The position numbers and the translations under genes were made by a program. Below are positions 10,217 to 18,722 of a stretch of DNA of 64,000 bases, piece after piece; positions within the stretch are counted from its first letter, which is position 1; each line of letters starts with the position of its first letter. The DNA is from Blastocatellia bacterium (lineage in GTDB: Bacteria > Acidobacteriota > Blastocatellia > UBA7656), in the NCBI GenBank assembly GCA_963765495.1, contig CAVXWP010000001.1, positions 384,001 through 448,000 of the forward strand, given 5' to 3'. The notes beneath the pieces are model-generated. The model saw only the letters and a program-made list of their open reading frames with translations. It did no database searches and was not told the DNA's origin.

Positions 10217-11089
10217 TTATTTTTCTCCATCCCCGGCAGGCTTGACTCGTCTGTACGCTCCCGCGACCAGATCGAGAAAATTATTCAGGTCGGGGACCGA
10301 ATCCAGAGTCGTAGATATTACGGCGCGGCGAAGACTCACGACGTTGCGTTTCTCTCCGGCGCGCGCAGCCACACGGTCGCCTTTGAATGTGCCCGAACTT
10401 TTATCGGCAAGGGCATAATCCGTGCGGCGCAACTGAACCTGCGCTTCAAACCGCGTCTTGATTTTGTACTTTGTCTTGGTCTTGCTTTTGCCGCTCGCGC
10501 TCCGCTTATTTATTACCCGCTTGCGAATATTATCTGTGATCATCCATTGCAGGCGCGAACCGTCGGCAAGCAGTGCTTCGCCTTCCATCCAGGGATTGGC
10601 GTAGAAAGTCTCTTTGATATTGCCGGGCATGTGTCGGGCTCGCGTGGGGAGGCTTGTCTCTTTCTCTTTTTCCGTGCCTTCCCGGAAATCGAGTTTCAGA
10701 TAGAGCGGCTGGCCCGGCTCCATCTCTTCTTTCAGGATCGAAATCAGAGGCACGGTGAACCGCCGGAGTCTATCCGACAAATCTCTTTTCTTTCTCGAAA
10801 TGTAAAATATCAGCAGAGGTATTCCCGCAAGTAAAACCAGCACGAAGGGGATAAAAAATCCGGTCACGGCAATAAAAAAAGTTATGGCAAGCAAAACTCC
10901 GGTCGCGCACCCCAATCTGCCAATGGTCTTTCTCGCGGCATCGCCTATGCGGTCGTATTCGGCCAGTTGCGCGAGCAAAGCGAACCACTGGTCGGGAGTG
11001 TAGGTTGCCTCAACCTGCTTTGACCCGAGTATCCGCAATTGGTCGGGAGTGAGCGTTTTATGGAGTTGATATTCCCGGATGATACTCAT
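10217..11089 (-). CDS. Hypothetical membrane protein (2 TM, basic soluble domain)
   Basis: Two hydrophobic helices, KRSASGKSKTKTKYK motif, ATGA overlap with the upstream GT4. Confidence 0.75.
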   Translation of the reverse strand: MSIIREYQLHKTLTPDQLRILGSKQVEATYTPDQWFALLAQLAEYDRIGDAARKTIGRLGCATGVLLAITFFIAVTGFFIPFVLVLLAGIPLLIFYISRKKRDLSDRLRRFTVPLISILKEEMEPGQPLYLKLDFREGTEKEKETSLPTRARHMPGNIKETFYANPWMEGEALLADGSRLQWMITDNIRKRVINKRSASGKSKTKTKYKIKTRFEAQVQLRRTDYALADKSSGTFKGDRVAARAGEKRNVVSLRRAVISTTLDSVPDLNNFLDLVAGAYRRVKPAGDGEK

Positions 11090-12318
11090 GCAAATTGCTC
11101 CTTTGTGCCGACAGTCGGTGAGGGATCGGTTGCCGAAAAAAGTTCAGGGCAGATCGAGCGATAGCATTCAATCAGAAGCTCCGTCGCTCGCCGCCACGTG
11201 AAATCCTGTTGAATGCGCATTCTCGCCCGTTCACCCATCGCCCGCAGATAGTCGGGATATTCGAGCAGCACACGAATCGCTCGCGCAAGCTCCGAGGGGC
11301 GGTCGGGTCGGACGAGGCACCCGTCTACCTGATCGGTTATTATTTCACGGACCGAGGGAAGATCCGAAGCAACGACCGGGACACCTGCCGCCATGGATTC
11401 CAGTACCTTTAACGGCGAGCAACCCTGCTCAAGATTGCGAGAGCATTCGGTAAGCGGCGCGATTGATAAAAGCGCGTGAGCGCGCCACGGAGCCAGTTCT
11501 TTTTCAGAGAGCCTGAAAAACCATAACACGCGGTGAGCAATCTCAAGTTTTTCGGCCAGCTTGTGATACGGCTTTGCGTAGCGCGGATGAGTGGACGCGC
11601 ACACTACCAGATAAAGATCATCCATATCGGCAAGTCTGCCGAAGGCTCGGAGCAATACGTCTACGCCCTGCCATCGCTGTAGAGCGCCGAAATAGATAAG
11701 ATAACGCGCGGGCGCACACGCTGGTCGAGGAGCCGGGTCCGCCTGTTCGGCTCCATTTGCGATGACCGTGATTTTGCGCGCAGGCGCGCCAAAAGCGATC
11801 AGATTCTCTCTTATCGTATGCGACGGAGTGATCACCCGGTCGGCGTTGGTCCAGCAAAATTCTTCCGCCGCGCGTATCCGGGCAAGCGTTTGAGGCGCGG
11901 CCTTCGGATAAGTGTAAGGAAGTTCTATCGAGGGAAGCCCGTTTACTTCATAGACGGTTTTATAAGGCCGGTCGCCGCGCGCGAGCACGGGAATCCCGCT
12001 CCAGGGATCGCGGAAATGACATATCCGCAACGAGTCGCTTTGTTGTTCCAACAGCGCGCCGAGCCTGCGACCGTACTTTTGAGTCCGTTCCAGAAAATTA
12101 GTGACCGGACGCGAGTAACGAAGAATTTCAATATCGCCTTCTCGCTGATAAACGGGCAATTCTTCATCGCCCAGAACATAGAGCAATCCGCCTCCCATGC
12201 AATCAAACAGTGTCTGCGCCATTCGATTGATGTGAGTCGCCGCGCCTTTTTGAGAGGGAAAGCGGTCAAACGCGGAATAGAGGGCGCGATGACTAAGTTT
12301 GAGCGGCATATCTACCAA
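11086..12318 (-). CDS. Glycosyltransferase family 4
   Basis: YEVNGLPS, YFGALQRWQG, PLKVLESMAAGVPVVASD. Confidence 0.9.
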   Translation of the reverse strand: MVDMPLKLSHRALYSAFDRFPSQKGAATHINRMAQTLFDCMGGGLLYVLGDEELPVYQREGDIEILRYSRPVTNFLERTQKYGRRLGALLEQQSDSLRICHFRDPWSGIPVLARGDRPYKTVYEVNGLPSIELPYTYPKAAPQTLARIRAAEEFCWTNADRVITPSHTIRENLIAFGAPARKITVIANGAEQADPAPRPACAPARYLIYFGALQRWQGVDVLLRAFGRLADMDDLYLVVCASTHPRYAKPYHKLAEKLEIAHRVLWFFRLSEKELAPWRAHALLSIAPLTECSRNLEQGCSPLKVLESMAAGVPVVASDLPSVREIITDQVDGCLVRPDRPSELARAIRVLLEYPDYLRAMGERARMRIQQDFTWRRATELLIECYRSICPELFSATDPSPTVGTKEQFA

Positions 12319-12388
12319 ACGTCCACGTAAAGATCGGGCGCAATAAAATTATGGGGTTGACTGCGAGGCGCCCGAACCCACGAGCGTG

Positions 12389-12416
12389 AGTATACTTTTC
12401 ACAGGGTGGAAGTCAA
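12389..12416 (-). promoter_or_regulatory. Sigma70 promoter of the glycosyltransferase operon
   Basis: Minus strand TTGACT-N16-TATACT. Confidence 0.6.
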
Positions 12417-12442
12417 GATATGACCGCGCTTGATGCGGGATT

Positions 12443-12523
12443 GTGATGCGTGGAGAGTGATACGTGATACGTGATACGTGAAAATATTCATCTCTCCGGT
12501 CACGCATCACGCATCACGCATCA
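12443..12523. repeat. Heptamer-arm inverted-repeat element, copy 3 (short core)
   Basis: GTGATAC x3 ... TCACGCA x3. Confidence 0.8.
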
Positions 12524-12531
12524 TCCCTGAT

Positions 12532-13905
12532 CTATTTGATCCAGACGGTCTTGATGTTCACAAATTCGCGTATGCCAAAGAGGCTCAGTTCCCGGCCGTA
12601 GCCGGAGTGTTTGACTCCGCCAAAGGGCAGACGCGGGTCGCTTGCCACCATGCCGTTGATAAAGACCGCTCCCGCTTCTATCTCTTCAATAAATCGAGCG
12701 CGCTCCGATTCGTCGTTTGTCCACGCGCTGCTGCCAAGTCCAAAGCTTGTGGCGTTTGCAAGCCGAATCGCTTCATCTATGTCGCGCACTCGAAAAAGCG
12801 AGGCCACCGGGCCAAACAACTCTTCTGTGTAAGCGGGGGCATCTTCGGGTATATCGGCAAGCACGGTCGGCGGATAATAATTTCCCGGCATATCCAGCCG
12901 TTTGCCTCCAGTGAGAGCGCGCGCGCCCGCATCAACGGATTTGCGCACCTGTTCTTCCAGCTCAGAGAGAATATCAGCCGTCGCAAGCGGACCGATGTCG
13001 GTCTTCTCATTCATCGGGTCGCCCACCTTGAGCGCCTGCATCGCTTCGACAAAGCGGCGCTCAAATTCATTCGCGATCTCTTCGGCTACGATGAAACGTT
13101 TGGCCGCGATGCAGGATTGCCCGTTGTTTATGGTGCGAGCAGTGACGGCCGTCCTTACTGCCTGATCGAGATCGGCGCTCGGCATAACTATAAACGGGTC
13201 GCTGCCGCCGAGTTCGAGCACGGTCTTCTTTATTTGCTTGCCTGCGCGGGAGGCTACCTTGCTTCCGGCGGGCTCGCTGCCCGTGAGTGTAGCCGCACGC
13301 ACGCGATCATCATCAATCACGCGACCGACTTTGTCTGAGTCGATAAGCAGCGCCTGAAATGCGCCTTCGGAAAACTCGGCGCGACGAAAGATTTCTTCTA
13401 TCGCAAGCGCGCACTGAGGCACGTTTGAAGCGTGTTTGAGAAGCCCTGAGTTGCCTGCCATAAGCGCGGGCGCGGCAAAGCGGAAGACCTGCCAGAAAGG
13501 GAAATTCCACGGCATCACGGCGAGCACGATTCCGAGCGGCTGGTAACGAATAAAGCTTCGCGCGGCATTGGTTTCAACCACTTCGTCAGCCAGAAAATGC
13601 TCGGCGTTCTCGGCGTAATAGCGGCAGACCCACGCGCATTTCTCGGCCTCGGCGACGGCAGATTTGAGCGTCTTCCCCATCTCGGTCGTCATTATGCGCC
13701 CGTACTTTTCTTTGTCGCTTTCCAGAATCTTTGAGGCTTGCATCATCTTTTGGGATCGCTCGCCAAAGGCCGTGCGCCGATACTTGTGAAAAGTTTCGTC
13801 CGCGAGTTTGAGTTTCTTCTCTATCTCGGCATCCGAAAGAGGCTCGAAGGTCTTGAACGTCTCACCCGTCGCCGGGTTGATGGTAGCGATTGCCATTTGT
13901 TTCAC
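12532..13905 (-). CDS. NAD(P)-dependent succinate-semialdehyde dehydrogenase (GabD1/Sad-like aldehyde dehydrogenase)
   Basis: [25 protein letters not shown] (catalytic Cys), [19 protein letters not shown]. Confidence 0.9.
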   Translation of the reverse strand: MKQMAIATINPATGETFKTFEPLSDAEIEKKLKLADETFHKYRRTAFGERSQKMMQASKILESDKEKYGRIMTTEMGKTLKSAVAEAEKCAWVCRYYAENAEHFLADEVVETNAARSFIRYQPLGIVLAVMPWNFPFWQVFRFAAPALMAGNSGLLKHASNVPQCALAIEEIFRRAEFSEGAFQALLIDSDKVGRVIDDDRVRAATLTGSEPAGSKVASRAGKQIKKTVLELGGSDPFIVMPSADLDQAVRTAVTARTINNGQSCIAAKRFIVAEEIANEFERRFVEAMQALKVGDPMNEKTDIGPLATADILSELEEQVRKSVDAGARALTGGKRLDMPGNYYPPTVLADIPEDAPAYTEELFGPVASLFRVRDIDEAIRLANATSFGLGSSAWTNDESERARFIEEIEAGAVFINGMVASDPRLPFGGVKHSGYGRELSLFGIREFVNIKTVWIK

Positions 13906-13914
13906 CTGCTCTGA

Positions 13915-14020
13915 GTGCGTGATTCGTGATGCGTGATTTGTGAGTTACCAGGATTGCAATTTGTCTATAACAAGCAACCTCCATAAAAATCACGCATCAC
14001 GGATCGCGCATCGCGCATCG
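13915..14020. repeat. Heptamer-arm inverted-repeat element, copy 4
   Basis: GTGATTCGTGATGCGTGA...TCACGCATCACGGATCGCGCATCG. Confidence 0.82.
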
Positions 14021-14121
14021 TTTAGAGGTTTCTCAAGCGCCCAGGAGAAAAGCTTATCATAACTTTTTGATCGTCGCCGTCTTTGATAGCATGACCTGGC
14101 GGATCGAAGAAGGGAGCCAAA

Positions 14122-14979
14122 ATGTCTAAAGCTATTGACATGCACGTGCATTTGCCTACGGCGAGTTTTATCGACGGAGCCATCAAGCCGTTTGCATCGG
14201 CGGCAGAAAAATTCTTTCGCAGCAAGGTGCCGATCACAGACATGGCGGAAGTTGCGCGTTATTACGAGCAGATCGACATCACGGGAGTGTTGCTTGCCTG
14301 GGATGCCGAGACCGCTACGGGCCTGCCTCGGCTCACAAACGACGAGGTCGCCGATGTAGTGAAAGCCTACCCGCACCAGTTCATAGGCTTTGCTTCGGTT
14401 GATCCGTGGAAAGGCAAGTGGGCAATCGAAGAGATGGAACGCGCTATCACCGAACTGGGTCTTCGGGGCGCGAAATTTCATCCCGGCATACAGGCTTTTT
14501 ATCCTAACGATACGCGTTTTTATCCTCTGTATGAAAAGATCGCCGAGCTTAAAGTCCCAGCGCTGTTTCACACGGGGACAAACGGACTCGGGGCAGGCGA
14601 GCCGGGCGGCATGGGCGTCAAGCTTGATTACACGCGACCGATCTATCTGGATCACATAGCGGCTGATTTCCCAAATCTTACCGTCATCGGCGCGCATCCG
14701 GCCTGGCCCTGGCACGAAGAGATGCTCGCCATAATCGGGCACAAATCAAATGTATTCATGGACCTGTCAGGCTGGTCGCCTAAATATATTCCAAAAATGA
14801 TAATGGACGAGGCGCGCACCCGTTTGCAGGACCGCATACTTTTCGGAAGCGATTATCCGTTTATAACGCCTGAACGATGGCTCGCGGATTTCGACTCTCT
14901 GGAAGGATTTTCATCCGAGGTGCGGCAGAAAATTCTGCACGACAACGCCGCAAGGATTTTGAACATTAGACAGGATTAA
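14122..14979 (+). CDS. Amidohydrolase_2 family protein (CouO-like)
   Basis: IDMHVH, KFHP, FHTG, AHPAWPW, FGSDYP. Confidence 0.85.
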   Translation: MSKAIDMHVHLPTASFIDGAIKPFASAAEKFFRSKVPITDMAEVARYYEQIDITGVLLAWDAETATGLPRLTNDEVADVVKAYPHQFIGFASVDPWKGKWAIEEMERAITELGLRGAKFHPGIQAFYPNDTRFYPLYEKIAELKVPALFHTGTNGLGAGEPGGMGVKLDYTRPIYLDHIAADFPNLTVIGAHPAWPWHEEMLAIIGHKSNVFMDLSGWSPKYIPKMIMDEARTRLQDRILFGSDYPFITPERWLADFDSLEGFSSEVRQKILHDNAARILNIRQD

Positions 14980-15040
14980 CAAGATTCAAGAAGATTAAAA
15001 AGAATCTTGTTCAATCCATAAAAATCCTGTTAATCCTGTC
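14969..15040. repeat. GACAGGAT-type inverted repeat, probable bidirectional terminator
   Basis: GACAGGATTAACAAGATT...AATCCTGTTAATCCTGTC between convergent genes; related to 19146..19200. Confidence 0.7.
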
Positions 15041-15051
15041 AGAAACTCCGA

Positions 15052-15540
15052 TCAGTGATTGAAAAGCCAGTTTTCAAAGACGCGCGCTTCTTCGCTCTTG
15101 CCGCTCCACCGCGCTCGGTTGCGGCCCGTCAATGCCAGCACCTCGGCGTGGTGTTGACCCGCGCGATCACCTATGCGCTCGAAATAGTTGTAGAGCCTTG
15201 CGATCTCGGCCACCGATTCCCTAGCCGCTTCCACGGTCTTGAAAGAGAGCACATTGCGGAAGTGCCGGCTGTAGAGATTCTGGTCGCGTGCGGTCGTGGT
15301 ATAAAGATCGAAGTATCCCTTGAGCAGCCCGGCATTCTGTAAGACGCTCGCCACATAGCTGGGCCGGGTTCCGACCGTCCGCGCGATCTCTCCGAGGTCG
15401 GTAACACCCGCCCGGTGAAGATCGAGAATCTGGTCCTTCTTGGTGATCTTTGGCCGCGCGTTTTGCATCCGGCTCTCTTTGACGCCGTTGGCCATTGAGG
15501 GAAGGACGCCTTGATTGAATTGAATCTGTTGTTCCTGCAT
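15052..15540 (-). CDS. Hypothetical protein with probable N-terminal HTH
   Basis: TKKDQILDLHRAG..LGEIARTVGTRPSYVASVL is HTH-like; GGAGG RBS. Confidence 0.75.
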   Translation of the reverse strand: MQEQQIQFNQGVLPSMANGVKESRMQNARPKITKKDQILDLHRAGVTDLGEIARTVGTRPSYVASVLQNAGLLKGYFDLYTTTARDQNLYSRHFRNVLSFKTVEAARESVAEIARLYNYFERIGDRAGQHHAEVLALTGRNRARWSGKSEEARVFENWLFNH

Positions 15541-15592
15541 TTTATAACCTCCAAGCTTCTTCCAGCAGCGAGGCGGAGAGCCTGGCGATCCG

Positions 15593-16582
15593 TCAGCCCG
15601 CGTGGCGGATTTCGGTTCGATCTTCGGCCAGAGCCTTGAGGTGATCTATGAATGCGCTTGCGGCGCGGCGCGAAAGCTCTTCGGGGCGGCATTCGAGTAC
15701 GGCAAGGCATTCGGCCTCGGCATTCACACCCTTGACGTTTGAGATAGCGCGAATTGCAACCAGTTGTTTGGGCGTCACAAGATCGGCCATCGTCTTTGCT
15801 ATCGCATCGCGGGGGAACGCAGGCTGATGACCCGAAGCAGTGTTACCGTTCTTATGGATCACTTCCTCATCCTCCTTGCGATATAGCTCGCGCGCGATGC
15901 CGAATTTGACCGCGGCGCGTTTGAGCGCATCGTGCTCGGCCTTCTTTATTCCCACCTCATCGTAAGCCGAACCTGTGCCTACGCCCTGCCGCCTCACGCC
16001 CCGTATCGTTATGGAAGCCGTGACGGCGACGAAATCTCCAATCTGCTTTACATCGGTAACCTCGTGCGACCAGTCGGGGCAGATGCGATCAAGCAAATCC
16101 GCAACCTTGTGCCACTCCACATAATCGACTTCGTGCTCGCGGCCTGCCCGGTCTGTCCAGCCTACACGTTGTTTTACGATCTCGGGCGAGACGGCTTCCG
16201 ATAACTGCTTCAGCATTCCGGCAAACGGAGCGGGAGCCAGAAAAGGCATCTGCGCCTGCTCATCCTGCGCACTCTCTTCCTGCGACTCAAGCGATGGCTC
16301 CTCGATATGCTCTTCGCCGGTTTCATTCTGCGGCTCGAGATGGAATTTCACCGCGAGTATATGCTCGCATCTGAAGCGAATCTCTTCGGCTGCGCGCTGC
16401 TCAAATTCGGGGCAACTGCACCGGACCCGCCCGTCTTCGTCGCGCCAGATTCGGAATTTCTCTTTTCTGATTCCAGACGAATAGACGTTGAACCCTTCAT
16501 AATCGCGCTCGACTCCGCCCATGGCCGCGATTGCTCTGGCCCTGTTGATAAGCAAATTTGAATCTTCGATTGCTGCGCTCAT
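15593..16582 (-). CDS. SWIM zinc finger fused to a Rad52/Rad22-family single-strand annealing domain (DdrA/Sak-like)
   Basis: CSCPEF-x10-CEH (SWIM); DLLDRICPDWS...KKAEHDALKRAAVKFGIARELY (Rad52 fold); C-terminal helical TPKQL...LSRRAASAFIDHL. Confidence 0.85.
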   Translation of the reverse strand: MSAAIEDSNLLINRARAIAAMGGVERDYEGFNVYSSGIRKEKFRIWRDEDGRVRCSCPEFEQRAAEEIRFRCEHILAVKFHLEPQNETGEEHIEEPSLESQEESAQDEQAQMPFLAPAPFAGMLKQLSEAVSPEIVKQRVGWTDRAGREHEVDYVEWHKVADLLDRICPDWSHEVTDVKQIGDFVAVTASITIRGVRRQGVGTGSAYDEVGIKKAEHDALKRAAVKFGIARELYRKEDEEVIHKNGNTASGHQPAFPRDAIAKTMADLVTPKQLVAIRAISNVKGVNAEAECLAVLECRPEELSRRAASAFIDHLKALAEDRTEIRHAG

Positions 16583-16806
16583 TTACCTATTTCTCCTTCA
16601 CAGATCGAATTTGGATTAACACGTTCGGAAAGCCCGACCCGCAAATCAAAGCCTCGCTCAACTCTGTGCGCGTCTGCTTGCTCTACCGCTTCAAGTCGGC
16701 TCTCAAGCTCGCTTACCTGACGCGCGAGCATCTTTATCCTCCGCCAGAGAGCGTCGAAACTTTCCCAGACCTCTTCAGAATGAGAGTGCTCAGAATGGGA
16801 GTGCAT
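16579..16806 (-). CDS. Small coiled-coil hypothetical protein
   Basis: LARQVSELESRLEAVE heptads; ATGA overlap with the next gene; GAGG RBS. Confidence 0.6.
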   Translation of the reverse strand: MHSHSEHSHSEEVWESFDALWRRIKMLARQVSELESRLEAVEQADAHRVERGFDLRVGLSERVNPNSICEGEIGK

Positions 16807-17002
16807 CGTTTAGCCTCTCTCTCTGCCCGCAGGCGGCCTGATCAAACCTGATCTTGCCCGAAACTCCGCCGGCATATTCGGCTAACGACTCCCTTGCCTC
16901 CAGTTGCGACGACCAGAACTCATATCCTTTCCAGCCGTCCCATCCGGTCAAATCCTCTGCCGTTTCCAGCTTCAATAACCCTCTTTCGCCCGCTTCTCTC
17001 AT
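16790..17002 (-). CDS. Small hypothetical protein, first gene of the leftward operon
   Basis: GAGGT RBS before the ATG, directly downstream of the promoter at 17036-17064. Confidence 0.55.
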   Translation of the reverse strand: MREAGERGLLKLETAEDLTGWDGWKGYEFWSSQLEARESLAEYAGGVSGKIRFDQAACGQRERLNDALPF

Positions 17003-17018
17003 ACTATTACCTCACTGC

Positions 17019-17036
17019 TGTTTCATACGTGAAACA
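17019..17036. promoter_or_regulatory. Putative repressor operator box 1
   Basis: Perfect inverted repeat TGTTTCA-TACG-TGAAACA over the predicted leftward transcription start. Confidence 0.7.
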
Positions 17037-17064
17037 TTGTACCATTGTTCCTCGTTTGTTTCAA
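17036..17064 (-). promoter_or_regulatory. Sigma70 promoter for the Rad52-like operon
   Basis: Minus strand TTGAAA-N17-TACAAT with extended TG. Confidence 0.75.
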
Positions 17065-17074
17065 GTATAAAATA
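17057..17074. promoter_or_regulatory. Putative operator box 2
   Basis: TGTTTCA-AGTA-TAAAATA, 2 mismatches to the arms of box 1, overlapping the leftward -35. Confidence 0.6.
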
Positions 17075-17076
17075 AA

Positions 17077-17111
17077 GTGTTGCATGCAACACGGTTTTCG
17101 TGTTATAAAAT
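17077..17111 (+). promoter_or_regulatory. Rightward promoter of the XRE gene with a 16-bp palindrome over -35
   Basis: GTGTTGCATGCAACAC (17077-17092) contains TTGCAT; TGtTATAAAAT at 17101-17111. Confidence 0.55.
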
Positions 17112-17140
17112 GGGACAAGGATTAAGGAGGTGCCTGTAGA

Positions 17141-17566
17141 ATGGGAGAATCCGCTTTAAATATCATTGAGTTAGGAGAGTATGTTAAGCGCAAGAGGCAG
17201 GACGAAAAGCTTTCCTTACGGCAGGTTGCGATGAAAATTCAGGTCAGCGCATCTACGCTTTCGCGCATAGAAAACGGCATAGGCATTCCCGACAGTGCTA
17301 CGCTTGCGCGTCTTGCGTCCTGGCTTGGGATACCGCTTGAGAGGCTGATGAGAGGGTCTTTCTTAGGTGAAACAGTCGAGGGAATAGCCGCGGGGCCAGG
17401 CATAGAGCCTGTTATCTATTATCCGACCGAATCTACGCCGAACATAGTCGAAGCTCATCTGCGAGCCGACCGCAATCTGAAGCCGGATATGGCAAAGGCC
17501 CTGGCCGAGTTGTTCCGTGTTGCATACACGCAATTCTCCGACAAACAGACCGATCAAAATGGCTGA
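17141..17566 (+). CDS. XRE-family HTH transcriptional repressor (DdrO/ImmR/CapH-like)
   Basis: LSLRQVAMKIQVSASTLSRIENG..PDSATLARLASWL; AAGGAGG RBS. Confidence 0.9.
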   Translation: MGESALNIIELGEYVKRKRQDEKLSLRQVAMKIQVSASTLSRIENGIGIPDSATLARLASWLGIPLERLMRGSFLGETVEGIAAGPGIEPVIYYPTESTPNIVEAHLRADRNLKPDMAKALAELFRVAYTQFSDKQTDQNG

Positions 17567-18191
17567 AGGTTACAGAACCGAGACCCCCTCAATCGAAGAG
17601 ATGTTGCCTCCGACGGCGAAACGGCGCGTACACGAGCGCATCGCGCTCAAGATACGCGAATTCGCCGGGGTTCCCATAGACCGACCGCTCAATCCCTGGA
17701 AACTGGCTCCATACGTAAAGATTCGAGTGATGAATCTCAAGGATGTCGAGGGGCTTTCCGAAGAGAGTCGAAGGTTGCTCGTAGGCGATAACGGCAAGAG
17801 CTGGTCGGGTGGGGCGACTCGTCCTCTGCCTGACGGGTCCCGGCTGGTCTTTCTCAATCCAAACCATACTACCGAGCGGCAGGCGGCTACATTGATGGAA
17901 GAGATATGTCACGTCATACTGGGGCACTCACCCACACGGCTGACCTTTCAGGCGCAGGAGGACAGGGAAGTCCATTTTCGAAACTTCGATGAAAATCAGG
18001 AAGAAGTGGCTTACGCCGTAGGGGCTGCCGCGCTGGTTCCATACTTTACACTCAAGCACGCGGTTATGGCCGGGTTGAGCGCCGAAAGAATTGCCCGACG
18101 ACTGGCCGTCAGTCGGGTTCTGGTCGAATACAGAATAAAAGTCTGTCGCCTCTGGAGCGAATACAAGGAGAGAGGCAGATTATCCGGCTAG
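17559..18191 (+). CDS. ImmA/IrrE-family metallo-endopeptidase (Peptidase_M78) with EExxH motif
   Basis: WSGG...VFLNPNHTTERQAATLMEEICHVILGH...QEEVAYAVGAAALVP...C-terminal HTH IARRLAVSRVLVEYRI; ATG overlaps the XRE gene end. Confidence 0.85.
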   Translation: MAEGYRTETPSIEEMLPPTAKRRVHERIALKIREFAGVPIDRPLNPWKLAPYVKIRVMNLKDVEGLSEESRRLLVGDNGKSWSGGATRPLPDGSRLVFLNPNHTTERQAATLMEEICHVILGHSPTRLTFQAQEDREVHFRNFDENQEEVAYAVGAAALVPYFTLKHAVMAGLSAERIARRLAVSRVLVEYRIKVCRLWSEYKERGRLSG

Positions 18192-18365
18192 CGACGACTC
18201 GCGCGCACGCATTTCGATACATATTGAATCACTGAACGAGGACGCTCGTTCTTATTTGGTGATTTTGACTTCGAATTCCCCCAAATAGTATATAGACAGC
18301 GGGTTTCTATTCCAATATAATGCACTTACCCCTTAGGTTGACTACTTTGAGTCGGAGGTGACAAA

Positions 18366-18722
18366 GTGGACAACCTTATGAAGGTTAAGGTGGTTGGCGG
18401 GCGTGAGTGGGACGCGCTGTCGGGCACGTTGAGAAAAGAGCAGCACCTCATCCGCGATGATATAATCTACAGAGACGAGCAAACCGGCTCGCAGGTCGAA
18501 TCTTCATCAAATCACCTCAACCACACTTATATTAAGTTTTGTAACGTTTCTAACCTTCCTTTTGAGCAAAATTCGTTCGCAAGACTTCTACCCCCAGATT
18601 CAGCAGCCAAAATCGAGAAAACCATCGCTAAACGGCCGCCCATTTACTCATCTCCCCCGTATGTGCCTTTTGGGCCGGGCGTATTTGCCGATAAAGCTAC
18701 TGAGAGGAAGTGCCTACAGTGA
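18366..18722 (+). CDS. Hypothetical protein (uncertain)
   Basis: GGAGGTG RBS before a GTG start; no recognisable motif. Confidence 0.3.
   Translation: MDNLMKVKVVGGREWDALSGTLRKEQHLIRDDIIYRDEQTGSQVESSSNHLNHTYIKFCNVSNLPFEQNSFARLLPPDSAAKIEKTIAKRPPIYSSPPYVPFGPGVFADKATERKCLQ

Noticed and set aside
12478-13338. 286-aa plus-strand ORF, and similar long antisense ORFs such as 47623..48645, 50271..51155 and 58362..59204
   Set aside because: Antisense shadows of well-supported genes in GC-rich DNA; no motifs of their own.
15052-18191. Intact prophage or ICE around the XRE/ImmA/Rad52 genes
   Set aside because: No integrase, terminase, structural or conjugation gene and no att repeats were seen; a phage ancestry cannot be excluded.
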